From NCBI GenBank assembly GCA_963750615.1, contig CAVVRK010000006.1, positions 132,017 to 196,016 on the forward strand: a stretch of DNA of 64,000 nt, in the 5' to 3' direction. Below the pieces are notes generated by a model. It saw nothing but the letters and a program-made list of their open reading frames with translations. It was not told the DNA's origin and made no database searches. Below, piece after piece: positions 31,401 through 38,975 of the stretch; position 1 is the first letter of the stretch; each line of letters begins with the position of its first letter. The translations under genes were made by a program, and so were the position numbers. The stretch comes from an uncultured Alphaproteobacteria bacterium (lineage in GTDB: Bacteria > Pseudomonadota > Alphaproteobacteria > Sphingomonadales > Sphingomonadaceae).

Positions 31401-32190
31401 CATCGGCCTCAAGAGCCATGGCTTCCTGGCGCTCTACGTAAACACCGCCGACCGCTGCCTCGCCAAGCTTGGCTGCAACATCAGCGAGAATCTGTTCCTC
31501 GCCATTAGGACTCAACTCTTCGATCTTTTTCGACGCAGGCTTCTCAAAATCAGCCTCGATCTTTTCCAACGTCTCTCCTTCTTCGGCACTCGCGCGATCG
31601 GCACGTGCAACTGCACTAAAACGTTCTATGTAATCGGCATGGTCTTTCGCCGAACCCCGACGCGTTTTGCGTCTGGTGTCCGACTTGCGTTCGACCCTAG
31701 TCTTACTGATCGGTTCATAGCTAAAGTGGAAGCTGGTAACACCGTCGGCTGTCTCGGCCCGAATTGGCCGAACGATCGGAACAGCAAGCCACGTTAGCTT
31801 CGTGATCGCTGTACCTTTCTGCGGCGTTGGGTCGCGGCTCGGGTCTTTCCAGTCGTTGACCTCAGTGCGCTTAATATCTCCGCCCACTTTTCCAGTGATG
31901 TGGCTATCGCCGCCTGGCAAATATAGGTTCACCGTTTGGCTGATTTCGACGCCACGCATGGCTGAACGGGCAGCTGCCTGGTCGTGATCATCTCGACCAA
32001 TTGAGGGCGCACCTTCATTGTTAACGCTTGTTGGCTCCGTGCCGCCGCCAAACGAGGGCTTCACTTGTTGCCCGATCACCATCCCTGTGTTATCTAGATT
32101 TGGTCCGTCGATATAGACAGCCATCTTTAAGTCCAGCGACTGCTGTACTCCGCGCGCCAATTTCAGATTTTCTTCGAAATGCCGTTCCAT
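28450..32190 (-). CDS. large MobA/MobL-type relaxase-like protein
   Basis: 1246 aa. Residues ~150-460 hold ...RRGSAKDHADYIER... (candidate catalytic Tyr region), IIGELPHEV and VMHAPDHTNNDKNWHFHLIYHDRP (HxDxxxxxxHxH-like histidine triad). I saw no Walker A helicase motif. The C-terminal 700 aa is coiled-coil or low-complexity. Confidence 0.6.
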   Translation of the reverse strand: MERHFEENLKLARGVQQSLDLKMAVYIDGPNLDNTGMVIGQQVKPSFGGGTEPTSVNNEGAPSIGRDDHDQAAARSAMRGVEISQTVNLYLPGGDSHITGKVGGDIKRTEVNDWKDPSRDPTPQKGTAITKLTWLAVPIVRPIRAETADGVTSFHFSYEPISKTRVERKSDTRRKTRRGSAKDHADYIERFSAVARADRASAEEGETLEKIEADFEKPASKKIEELSPNGEEQILADVAAKLGEAAVGGVYVERQEAMALEADGSAVLYTNIDADPFERRKFWELVEKNARNPGKDYMRIRVIANPRLWSDVFSAPDCPKFEVESKEPLDPKGEIRIQNEDNDRMRAHMLRHGWNPPKRREVDGLNHEEEATAELQQDKADGIVFEDARGGRIQYRIIGELPHEVDQDARVRILRAFAQEFERRGLPYVAVMHAPDHTNNDKNWHFHLIYHDRPAARFVNDRLHPANAHLAPNVKDPTQTATMKAEARNILGTADFEKFAGQWDFSIPYTRKSVSGNTRTRNPFAQPKHRECQKKDFIPKLRKVLADITNEELASAGHRRRLDPRDYSKIGIPRQPDKHLGTQAAQHETSGISTDVGRENERNQWTYQMTMIQRFRQAEEEKLRCDIAKMRRANQAIVGEDPRADIRERLIARYEQIRRAAIEHEVIARTMQENIDRAASRAHKVKLTCEKHLKAIRDKKASKRQMCHKSDYENKLNEAVTHLAGLKTMFANEAMQVSRSAEQAKLLQIEAEESRADYDILIQQAHAEQGIANSQVPSDDKPATSAPSSTLDQTATISTVGVTALTKAQMDDFVDTVFKQKIRLVMRNGKIDLAYEDPRMDVIINAPNFASLEVRLKVIYEVQTEAINDLLEVLNNNPQAVESRTGPNGQAVVTLKMNDKRLQEALQHYHDDKDISLAIANAFASQRPSERVPEAVSKATSVAASPATATSVLPTAKPAPQSTREPAVPYQDIVRRALFERTLSGTRWEETDNKRFLILTNSSAERLQVPSRIEIAPELAETMDKTISAADREEFRLRKYIEAKHRSVVITPLNIIIPDYAPEELREIAAKHSNDPERRKLYAAMPQLADEWYKSTRQYQVDFAVSPEGKEVARLADERTEIERSPQKFSKREDDNKPDPRYAALVPAKTEEKGRPFVLGIHPKLDTYLLAEARNDDVARRLAAEEIIKDVDAARATKRLTLEDRKRIKDDSIYNDITRGNNPHPQNSLGLDIGRQIDRGLSPQSD

Positions 32191-32509
32191 ATTATGGGTA
32201 TAGGATAGACCTATGTTCCGCGCACAGGTTGGGAAGCGAAATATTTTGTTCTATTGGCTGACAGCGTCAGCGTCTCCGAGACGTCCCCCAGGACGGCGAT
32301 CCAAACATAGGCGAGGCAGAAGACCGCCGGAGGCTACACTCCGGAGCGACAGCGAAAGGGCGCAGCTAAGGTGTATGGAAGTCAGTGCATCACCTTAGCG
32401 TTATTGCGCCTAAAAAACTTGTTCACCTTCAGCGTTCATTTAGTTTGCTTGGAGGAGCGGCAATCCACCCCCCTTTGATTGTGAAAGTCTACCGATTGCT
32501 AAGAATTCT

Positions 32510-32832
32510 TGGCGGGATATCGCTGCGCGTAACAAGGTGAACTGATCCATTTTCCGCAAATATGGCGGAGTTTGGCGACGCGTTTCAAATTCCCTAAACA
32601 TATATCTCTGGCGGGGTATCACCACGCGTAACAACAAATGTTTTTCATTAGGCAGAAAAAGCGGGGGGGGTTGCTTCCGAGCGGCAAGGGTTCGTCCTAA
32701 AAGACCATATTGGCGGCGTTTGGTTACGCGTTTTGAAAACCCATCTATAACCGTTTGGAAGCAGCCCCGGCTGGGCGAACTGCCTCCAATCAGACGAAAT
32801 GGGTTTTTTGGCGGCGTTTGACCATGCGTTAC
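32510..32832 (+). repeat. five co-oriented 24-bp iterons TGGCGG-N11-GCGT(A/T)(A/T)(C/T)
   Basis: TGGCGGGATATCGCTGCGCGTAAC (32510), TGGCGGAGTTTGGCGACGCGTTTC (32563), TGGCGGGGTATCACCACGCGTAAC (32609), TGGCGGCGTTTGGTTACGCGTTTT (32711) and TGGCGGCGTTTGACCATGCGTTAC (32809). Confidence 0.7.
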
Positions 32833-32886
32833 GCTCAATGGCGGTCATCCTCCATTGTGGTTTAATCGCAAAAAAGGATTCGTAAG

Positions 32887-34761
32887 ATGAATGAAGATAA
32901 CCGGACCGAGGACTTCTTCTCGGATATAAATGGCCATGACAACGGTACCGACGACACTTTTAAAGATCGTGAGAATCATGTTGAAGCGCGCTCGGCAGAT
33001 TCCAAAAGAGGTGATACCGATGGCTTGGATGAAAGCAAAATCCATGACCTGAAAGCGATCGAAAAGAAACTTCCAAGTGAGCGTGTTTCGCTCATGAGAG
33101 AGCGGGTAATGCATTTAGAGGGGCTGGGTTTGGATCCAAAAAAGACACTGACCGACTTCACTTTGCTGCGGCAAATGCGTCCTGATCCGACATATGCGCT
33201 ACTCGGAAAGACACCTGCAGAACGCATCAAGCGCATGGAAATTTGGCTGGATAGACGCCGCCCTTCGGTACCGAAAGTCATCACATCTGGATTGCTAAAG
33301 AGCGATGATTTGAACGCCGTCACGATCCATAGCGCCCGTTTCCGGCAAGCATTTAATGATAGCGAAAAGCTCACCCGGATGGTCATAATGTGCACTGAAA
33401 TCATCAAGCGGCTCGAAGACAAGAGGTCCGAACAGGTTGCCCATCAAGAGGAAATCGAGTTCGCCGAAAAAGCGAAAGAGGCTGTAGAAAGCGACGCTGG
33501 GCCCTATGATCGCGTACAGATTGGCCGCGAGATGATCTGGATTATTGATAATCACATTGCTGAATACCGCAGCGATCTAGAGATGTTGGTGAGCCGTCTT
33601 AACAGGGCGAGAAGCGAAGAAAAACGGCTCATCAGTGCCATGCATGGCTGGTCAGTTGATATTGCACGTACCATCGAGTCTACCGGCTTTGATTCATCAA
33701 ACAACCGCAGCGTAAGGCGGAAAGTTATTCAAGAGATCATGGATATTCTTGAACGGCACGCCGGATCAATTCCGGAGCTTCGGGCTAAAATGGACCATCC
33801 GGAGGGGAGCTACCCGCTAATGAAACAGGTTCTTGAAGACCGGATGATAGTTGAGGAAGTTGAAGCAGAGGACACCATAGGCGACGTCGCTCCTATCGCA
33901 ATCGATCAGTTTATGCCCCAAATTTTGAGCGAAATTGAAGATGATGTTGTCGATAATATCAGTCAACCGCCACCTAAACCTTTAGCCCCAGCCTTTGACG
34001 TAAACGCTCGCTTTCTCCCGGAAATCAGCGAACCAACTCAGCGAGCGGATGGACATGGGCGCATTAATAGCATTGAGAATGCGGATTCGGCCTATGCGGG
34101 ATTTGAATCGCCAGTTGGCGACGCGGTTACGATAAGTGTACCTGGCCAATCAAACCCATGCGGAATCTTTGCTCGTTTGGATAGACGCGTCGCGTTCTTG
34201 GAGCAGTCGTCTCACACCCTCTTTGAAGGCGACCCAATGATCTGGGCAAAATTTGAAGTGCCGGCTGGACCTTACAGGCTTTTGCAGGTCGAGGGTAAGT
34301 CCAGTTTACTGCCTCGCTACACCGGATGCGGATTGTTGCCACCTGTCGCAAATCTAGAAGATGCGGGTGAACTATTGCGCACGAACAGTATGCCAAGTGC
34401 CCCTAATTCACTCCAAGATTGGGGCCCGGCGGGCAAGCAACCTCTATTGAGACCGCACGAATTGGATAGTACTTTGGACGATCCAGCCGATGCATATGAG
34501 ATCTGTCGCAAACTCGTCAATATGGACCGATGGCAATGGTCTGATGCTCACGATCCATCTGTTCTCGCCGAAGAGTCGGTTGTTCGTTGGTGGCTTTTCC
34601 TCTTGGCTGGACGCATGCGGCCAGGAAAAATCGATCTGCTATGGCCTGATGGCTTCTTCCATGGTGTGGAAGGCCACGACCCGGTTCTAAAAGATAACGG
34701 CCACTACCGATTGGTGCGAGTTGATGGCGGATCGAGAAGCTCGGCACTTAAATCCGACTGA
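32887..34761 (+). CDS. hypothetical protein (624 aa, acidic, no recognisable domain)
   Basis: Long uninterrupted ORF, divergent from the relaxase gene across the iteron region. Confidence 0.6.
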   Translation: MNEDNRTEDFFSDINGHDNGTDDTFKDRENHVEARSADSKRGDTDGLDESKIHDLKAIEKKLPSERVSLMRERVMHLEGLGLDPKKTLTDFTLLRQMRPDPTYALLGKTPAERIKRMEIWLDRRRPSVPKVITSGLLKSDDLNAVTIHSARFRQAFNDSEKLTRMVIMCTEIIKRLEDKRSEQVAHQEEIEFAEKAKEAVESDAGPYDRVQIGREMIWIIDNHIAEYRSDLEMLVSRLNRARSEEKRLISAMHGWSVDIARTIESTGFDSSNNRSVRRKVIQEIMDILERHAGSIPELRAKMDHPEGSYPLMKQVLEDRMIVEEVEAEDTIGDVAPIAIDQFMPQILSEIEDDVVDNISQPPPKPLAPAFDVNARFLPEISEPTQRADGHGRINSIENADSAYAGFESPVGDAVTISVPGQSNPCGIFARLDRRVAFLEQSSHTLFEGDPMIWAKFEVPAGPYRLLQVEGKSSLLPRYTGCGLLPPVANLEDAGELLRTNSMPSAPNSLQDWGPAGKQPLLRPHELDSTLDDPADAYEICRKLVNMDRWQWSDAHDPSVLAEESVVRWWLFLLAGRMRPGKIDLLWPDGFFHGVEGHDPVLKDNGHYRLVRVDGGSRSSALKSD

Positions 34762-34834
34762 TCAGAATAAGCGGGCATTCACAAGGCACTGAAGCGGCAG
34801 CATCGTTAGGCGTTGTCGATAGTCTACTTTTGAG

Positions 34835-34856
34835 CCCACAATTGCGGTATGCGGAC
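34835..34856 (+). repeat. core-like repeat (first of array)
   Basis: CCCACAATTGCGGTATGCGGAC is a variant of CACGACAACATTGCGGAC. Confidence 0.4.
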
Positions 34857-34877
34857 GTGTGTTCATCGGCTGAACGA

Positions 34878-35101
34878 AGGGCCGCTTTCGGACATTACGC
34901 AACAAAAGCCGACAGTCAGCAGACGACAAAATTCTGTTGAAAAAGTCAGTCCGCTTAATTTTATTGCGCTGCGAAGAAACGATTGCATCCTGTGGCACGG
35001 GAACTTGAATGAATGTTCCAGACAGAGCCAATGATTTGGAAAGAAATTTCGCGAAGCTCTGGCAGATCGACTTTTTCAACAGAATTCACAACATTCCGGT
35101 C
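34878..35101 (+). repeat. cassette-boundary repeat interrupted by a MITE
   Basis: AGGGCCGCTTTCGGACATT...GCCGACAGTCAGCAGACGACAA, then the MITE, then CACAACATTCCGGTC. The left 52 nt are colinear with the 62-nt site at 35158-35219. Confidence 0.55.
34930..35086. mobile_element. 157-bp MITE, copy B
   Basis: Perfect 18-bp terminal inverted repeats AATTCTGTTGAAAAAGTC / GACTTTTTCAACAGAATT. Interior inverted relative to copy A (16565-16721). Confidence 0.75.
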
Positions 35102-35157
35102 ATTCAGGCAACAAGTCCGTGCCTTCGTTAGCTGCCGTCGATTCATACGCTGAACGA

Positions 35158-35219
35158 AAGGCAGCTTTCGGACATTTTGCGTTGAAAGCGGTCTGTCGGC
35201 TCACGACAACATTGCGGAC
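35158..35219 (+). repeat. cassette-boundary repeat CBR-1 (62 nt)
   Basis: AAGGCAGCTTTCGGACATTTTGCGTTGAAAGCGGTCTGTCGGCTCACGACAACATTGCGGAC. Confidence 0.65.
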
Positions 35220-35225
35220 GTTGGA

Positions 35226-35504
35226 ATGCTGCGGCATACAGTGCTTATGAGCGAGCATGAACGCAGTCCTGAGGATCAATGGCACGACCAGTCCATGAGT
35301 GTGGTGCAACAGTTTGGTGCGGCGCTCCTAGAACTTAACAAAACCAATCCTTTTCCAGATCTGCCCTTGTTACCGAGAGCGATCAACCACCTCATGACCG
35401 AGCTTTGGGATAGTGGTTTCAGCCAATCCGAGATCAGGGAAGCCTTCAACGATGCAGTGACCGACATTTCTCGATATGCAGCTGGCGATGAGGTGCGAAG
35501 TTAA
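35226..35504 (+). CDS. cassette ORF A, hypothetical (92 aa; start may be 35247)
   Basis: The only ORF between CBR-1 and CBR-2. Its stop overlaps the first nt of CBR-2. Confidence 0.5.
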   Translation: MLRHTVLMSEHERSPEDQWHDQSMSVVQQFGAALLELNKTNPFPDLPLLPRAINHLMTELWDSGFSQSEIREAFNDAVTDISRYAAGDEVRS

Positions 35505-35590
35505 GTCTCCTTCCCACTCAATTACAGCGATACCGTAAACAAAATGCCGTTGTCAAAAGCGGCCTGTTCGGACAGCACAACAATGCGGAC
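35503..35590 (+). repeat. cassette-boundary repeat CBR-2 (88 nt)
   Basis: AAGTCTCCTTCCCACTCAA...AAAAGCGGCCTGTTCGGACAGCACAACAATGCGGAC. Confidence 0.6.
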
Positions 35591-35625
35591 CCAGAATAAT
35601 ACGACTGAGCTATAAGGATGACGGG

Positions 35626-35979
35626 ATGAATCGAAGCAATCTTCTTTGGTTTTGTGGTGGAGCTGCCGCCAGCACTATTGCCGGTCTCGCGGCTTACGTT
35701 CTGCAGACGCCCCAGAAGGAAGATCGTTGGTTCCTCCGCATTGCTGAAGATTTGGAGGTGTCAAAGCCTAAGTTAGTTCCTGAGAGCTGGCAGACCGCTG
35801 AAATCGCCCGTAGATGTGGCGCAAAGGTGTTTGACGCCATTCCAGGAGATGGAACGGATCAGGGGGATGCAACTCGTGTTCCGTTAACAGTTGAAAACAA
35901 CCCGGCTATGGGCTGCATTGTTGAACGCGCCAGGCAAGCAAATTTGTGGGTTGGCGTTCAATTGGAAGACGCGAACTAA
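35626..35979 (+). CDS. cassette ORF B, hypothetical membrane-anchored protein (117 aa)
   Basis: N-terminal hydrophobic helix LLWFCGGAAASTIAGLAAYVL. The single ORF in this unit. Confidence 0.55.
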   Translation: MNRSNLLWFCGGAAASTIAGLAAYVLQTPQKEDRWFLRIAEDLEVSKPKLVPESWQTAEIARRCGAKVFDAIPGDGTDQGDATRVPLTVENNPAMGCIVERARQANLWVGVQLEDAN

Positions 35980-36066
35980 TTGCTGAAACGCAGTGACATC
36001 TTGTCCATGCTAATGATCGGCGTAGCTGGTATAGCATTCGCAAAGTTGCGCCCAGAGACTAACAGA

Positions 36067-36127
36067 ATGTCGGCTCGCCAAAACTTTGAAAATATTTGGC
36101 ACTGCGGCGACACAACCCTAATGCAAC
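36067..36127 (+). repeat. degenerate cassette-boundary repeat CBR-2b (61 nt)
   Basis: ATGTCGGCTCGCCAAAAC...GCGGCGACACAACCCTAATGCAAC. Confidence 0.4.
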
Positions 36128-36196
36128 ATAACCGAGCCATGCTGCCTTAGGCTCTAGCCAAACTGTTTGGAACTGACAGCCTTGCCGTCCACTGCC

Positions 36197-36511
36197 CTAA
36201 CCAAGCAAGGTAATATTGGGGTGGTTGGCCAATCTGGCAATGACGCCGTCAATGCTCCCTTGATCAGCCGCAAAGTTGCTCCCACGAGAATGCATCTCTT
36301 CAATGACTGCCCATTCCAGGATGCCAAGCCACTCCTCTCCTTGACGACCCTCGAACACATCGAAAAAGCGACGAAACGGCTCTCGGCTTTCTAACCAATC
36401 CATCGAAGCTACAGAGTTTGCTTGGCGGCCCCATTCCTCGGACGTACTGATTGCGATTAGCACCTCGGTGATGCGGGCGGCGACGTCAGCTGATGCAAGA
36501 TTATAGCGCAT
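36197..36511 (-). CDS. cassette ORF C, hypothetical (104 aa)
   Basis: Complete ORF MRYNLASADVAARITEVL... Its 5' 61 codons plus upstream region are duplicated at 36559-36788. Confidence 0.55.
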   Translation of the reverse strand: MRYNLASADVAARITEVLIAISTSEEWGRQANSVASMDWLESREPFRRFFDVFEGRQGEEWLGILEWAVIEEMHSRGSNFAADQGSIDGVIARLANHPNITLLG

Positions 36512-36788
36512 TGGACTGGACTATATACTCCACGGCCAAAAAACGAAATGTCCGCTCTCCACTCCTCTCCTTGACGACCCTCGAACACATCGAAAAAGCG
36601 ACGAAACGGCTCTCGGCTTTCTAACCAATCCATCGAAGCTACAGAGTTTGCTTGGCGGCCCCATTCCTCGGACGTACTGATTGCGATTAGCACCTCGGTG
36701 ATGCGGGCGGCGACGTCAGCTGATGCAAGATTATAGCGCATTGGACTGGACTATATACTCCACGGCCAAAAAACGAAATGTCCGCTCT
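36329..36788. repeat. perfect tandem duplication, 2 x 230 bp
   Basis: By eye, 36329-36558 equals 36559-36788 with no mismatches. ORF 36457..36741 is the resulting truncated second copy. Confidence 0.85.
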
Positions 36789-36839
36789 TCACAACGAATC
36801 TGCCAGAGCGGACGGTCAGGTCACGACAACATTGCAAAC
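36778..36839 (+). repeat. cassette-boundary repeat CBR-3 (62 nt)
   Basis: ATGTCCGCTCTTCACAACGAATCTGCCAGAGCGGACGGTCAGGTCACGACAACATTGCAAAC. Internal 9-bp hairpin GTCCGCTCT/AGAGCGGAC. Confidence 0.65.
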
Positions 36840-36860
36840 ATCTGCCTCACATTGTAGATC

Positions 36861-37280
36861 ATGCAAATGAGCGCGTTTTCGACAGGTTGGACTTTTTCGA
36901 TTTGCCTTCCGATCTGCCTTTTCTTGGGTGGTTCGTTCCCAAATGATCATGAACTTGTGTCGCACGACCTGCGAGTTGAAAATGATTATTTCTTAGGAGC
37001 CGTTCCGATCAAGCCTGAAAAATGGGTAACTTCCTCTGACCATCCAGAGAGCCTTGTGGGGCGTATCGAAGTTGGGGAAGTGGGCATAGCATTTGACATC
37101 GCCGTAAACGGGCGAGTTGTAAATTGCAGGGTCACGGACAAGAGCGGTAATTCGCGCTTGGACAGTGTGCCCTGTAAATTGGTTATCCGACGCGCCAGAT
37201 TTAACCCGCTGCCGGATACCGAAGAAATCCAGCCTACTGCACGTGGCCAAATGCGATTTCGCTTCAGCCAAGTCAACTAG
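36861..37280 (+). CDS. cassette ORF D, TonB C-terminal-like domain protein (139 aa)
   Basis: N-terminal hydrophobic segment. The C-terminus ...VNCRVTDKSGNSRLDSVPCKLVIRRARFNP resembles the TonB_C fold signature. Confidence 0.5.
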   Translation: MQMSAFSTGWTFSICLPICLFLGGSFPNDHELVSHDLRVENDYFLGAVPIKPEKWVTSSDHPESLVGRIEVGEVGIAFDIAVNGRVVNCRVTDKSGNSRLDSVPCKLVIRRARFNPLPDTEEIQPTARGQMRFRFSQVN

Positions 37281-37283
37281 TCG

Positions 37284-37345
37284 AAGTCCGCCTCCCTCCC
37301 TTTGACGCCGAAAGCCGGCTGTCCGGGCACGACAACATTGTGGAC
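37284..37345 (+). repeat. cassette-boundary repeat CBR-4 (62 nt)
   Basis: AAGTCCGCCTCCCTCCCTTTGACGCCGAAAGCCGGCTGTCCGGGCACGACAACATTGTGGAC. Confidence 0.65.
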
Positions 37346-37360
37346 CACCGGTCATGGACC

Positions 37361-37897
37361 TCATGGGCGCTTGTAAATGGAGTATGCCCCCAATATGGTA
37401 AATTGAGGCACTGTAGTTGATATGACATCCAAGCAGCCACATCCTGTCATAAACCTATAGTGCTTTGCCGTTCCAGTCGCTCCCGTAGAATTTTCTGCAG
37501 TATTCCGCCACATCTCCGACTGCGCTTCCAAAAACGGATCGCCCACCACTTGGTAAGCAAAATGATTGGGGATAATCCCGCTCCACTCGTCTGGATCACT
37601 CTCGGTGCTAAGCGCAAACTCGTCCAACATTCGAACAATCACGTCGTTACTAGCAAAAGTTATCGCTATTATTTGGTCGTCATCTTCTGACAGGAATATG
37701 GCCGTGTTTGTTTGCCAGTCGAACGAGCACAAATCACAGTTGTACAAATTGGACCATGCTACACAGCTCTCAATGGGAGAGTATTGTATCATGCTATGCA
37801 GCCTACAACGTAGCTGCAGGCAAAGCCAAGGCCCTGTGTAAGTCGTCGTCGCTCGATCTTCGCATTTCCATCGACGCGATGAAACTGACATCCCCAT
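37361..37897 (-). CDS. cassette ORF E, hypothetical (~178 aa)
   Basis: ORF 37361..37924 trimmed to the ATG at 37897. The start codon abuts the left arm of CBR-5. Confidence 0.5.
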   Translation of the reverse strand: MGMSVSSRRWKCEDRATTTYTGPWLCLQLRCRLHSMIQYSPIESCVAWSNLYNCDLCSFDWQTNTAIFLSEDDDQIIAITFASNDVIVRMLDEFALSTESDPDEWSGIIPNHFAYQVVGDPFLEAQSEMWRNTAENSTGATGTAKHYRFMTGCGCLDVISTTVPQFTILGAYSIYKRP

Positions 37898-37957
37898 GTC
37901 CGTTTCCGATAACCAAAACGCCAAACCGGCCAGGCAGCAAACGACAACATTGCGGAC
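37896..37957 (+). repeat. cassette-boundary repeat CBR-5 (62 nt)
   Basis: ATGTCCGTTTCCGATAACCAAAACGCCAAACCGGCCAGGCAGCAAACGACAACATTGCGGAC. Confidence 0.65.
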
Positions 37958-37981
37958 GCCAGCAGAATTATCCGATGGAGG

Positions 37982-38554
37982 TCATTCACCCATTTGGTAA
38001 GTTGCAGTTGCGAGCACTTGCACCCTATCGAGTTTTTGACCCGACTGCTTTGAGCGACTGATGATTATGGACAGAGCGGGTTCCTGTCGGTTGCGGAACG
38101 TTGTCGTTACAACAGCTCCTTTTGAATTAGTTTTTAGCTGCTGCCAGCGATCGTTGAAGTTCGCCGATGACAGAACGGTCTGCACAATTGGTTGAAGATC
38201 GGTGCCGCCGCCGCCCGTAATGTGACACATGGGCAGCTGATCGGACACCACCAGAACGTAGCCAGCAGTCGGAGTAGAATTGATGCGCCAATATTGGTTC
38301 GCTCGTCGCATTTGCTTTGGCGGGAGGTTTACCTCTTCCACTCTGTCAACTCTGCCCATCTGCTCCCCAAGGCCAACCGCCTTGATGAACGGACCCGTTC
38401 CCTCAGTCCAACTTGCCGGATTTAGCAACCATTCCTCACACCCTCGCAGCGCACCGTCAAAACCTCGCTCAAGGCTCGGTTCAGCGTGAGCGGGCAGGAC
38501 GAAGACGACAGAGCCCAAGAAGGCGGACAGAATGTGACGCATAAGCTGATACAT
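37982..38554 (-). CDS. cassette ORF F, secreted hypothetical protein (~190 aa)
   Basis: From the ATG at 38554 the product starts MYQLMRHILSAFLGSVVFVLPAHA, which is signal-peptide-like. The start is uncertain (ORF extends to 38611). Confidence 0.5.
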   Translation of the reverse strand: MYQLMRHILSAFLGSVVFVLPAHAEPSLERGFDGALRGCEEWLLNPASWTEGTGPFIKAVGLGEQMGRVDRVEEVNLPPKQMRRANQYWRINSTPTAGYVLVVSDQLPMCHITGGGGTDLQPIVQTVLSSANFNDRWQQLKTNSKGAVVTTTFRNRQEPALSIIISRSKQSGQKLDRVQVLATATYQMGE

Positions 38555-38564
38555 ACCCGAATGA

Positions 38565-38626
38565 ATGTCCGCTTGCCACAACGTTTTCGCCACAGCTGAC
38601 GGGCCGGACACGACAACATTGCGGAC
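38565..38626 (+). repeat. cassette-boundary repeat CBR-6 (62 nt)
   Basis: ATGTCCGCTTGCCACAACGTTTTCGCCACAGCTGACGGGCCGGACACGACAACATTGCGGAC, followed by AT. This gives perfect 8-bp terminal inverted repeats ATGTCCGC/GCGGACAT. Confidence 0.7.
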
Positions 38627-38653
38627 ATTCAGCCTGAATGATAAACTTGCCTT

Positions 38654-38866
38654 ATGGTGACTATCTATATGCCGCTTTTAGATGAAGGTACGGATGTATG
38701 GCGTCCTGTTGATGCAACCGCGCTGAAGCGGGATGTCTACAAAGTGGGAGGGCAGATGGACAAGGACGAGATTTGGGCTTTCATGCCTGGCACCATCGTC
38801 CGCTGCGAGTCGAAGGTGCTTAATAACGGCGAAGCAAAATTAATTGCGGTTGCCGCTGCGGACTGA
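38654..38866 (+). CDS. cassette ORF G, hypothetical (70 aa)
   Basis: The single ORF between CBR-6 and CBR-7. Confidence 0.5.
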   Translation: MVTIYMPLLDEGTDVWRPVDATALKRDVYKVGGQMDKDEIWAFMPGTIVRCESKVLNNGEAKLIAVAAAD

Positions 38867-38954
38867 ACTTCAGCTCTCCACAACTTTCCAGTAATCTAAC
38901 TGGTCGACTGGCGACACTATAAGCAGACGGTCACGGCAAGACAACATTGCGGAC
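38867..38954 (+). repeat. cassette-boundary repeat CBR-7 (88 nt)
   Basis: ACTTCAGCTCTCCACAAC...AGCAGACGGTCACGGCAAGACAACATTGCGGAC. Same length as CBR-2. Confidence 0.6.
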
Positions 38955-38975
38955 ATCCGCCAGTCGTGCTTTCTT

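Noticed and set aside
32440-32838. 132-aa ORF on the minus strand upstream of the 624-aa gene
   Set aside because: It coincides with the five-iteron array, and its repetitive peptide reflects the DNA repeats. A non-coding region is more likely.
34762-35079. 105-aa ORF on the minus strand
   Set aside because: It lies almost entirely within the MITE and the boundary repeat. ORF 16506..16931 covers the other MITE copy in the same way.
36457-36741. 94-aa ORF identical at its N-terminus to ORF 36197..36511
   Set aside because: It is the truncated product of the 230-bp tandem duplication, not an independent gene.
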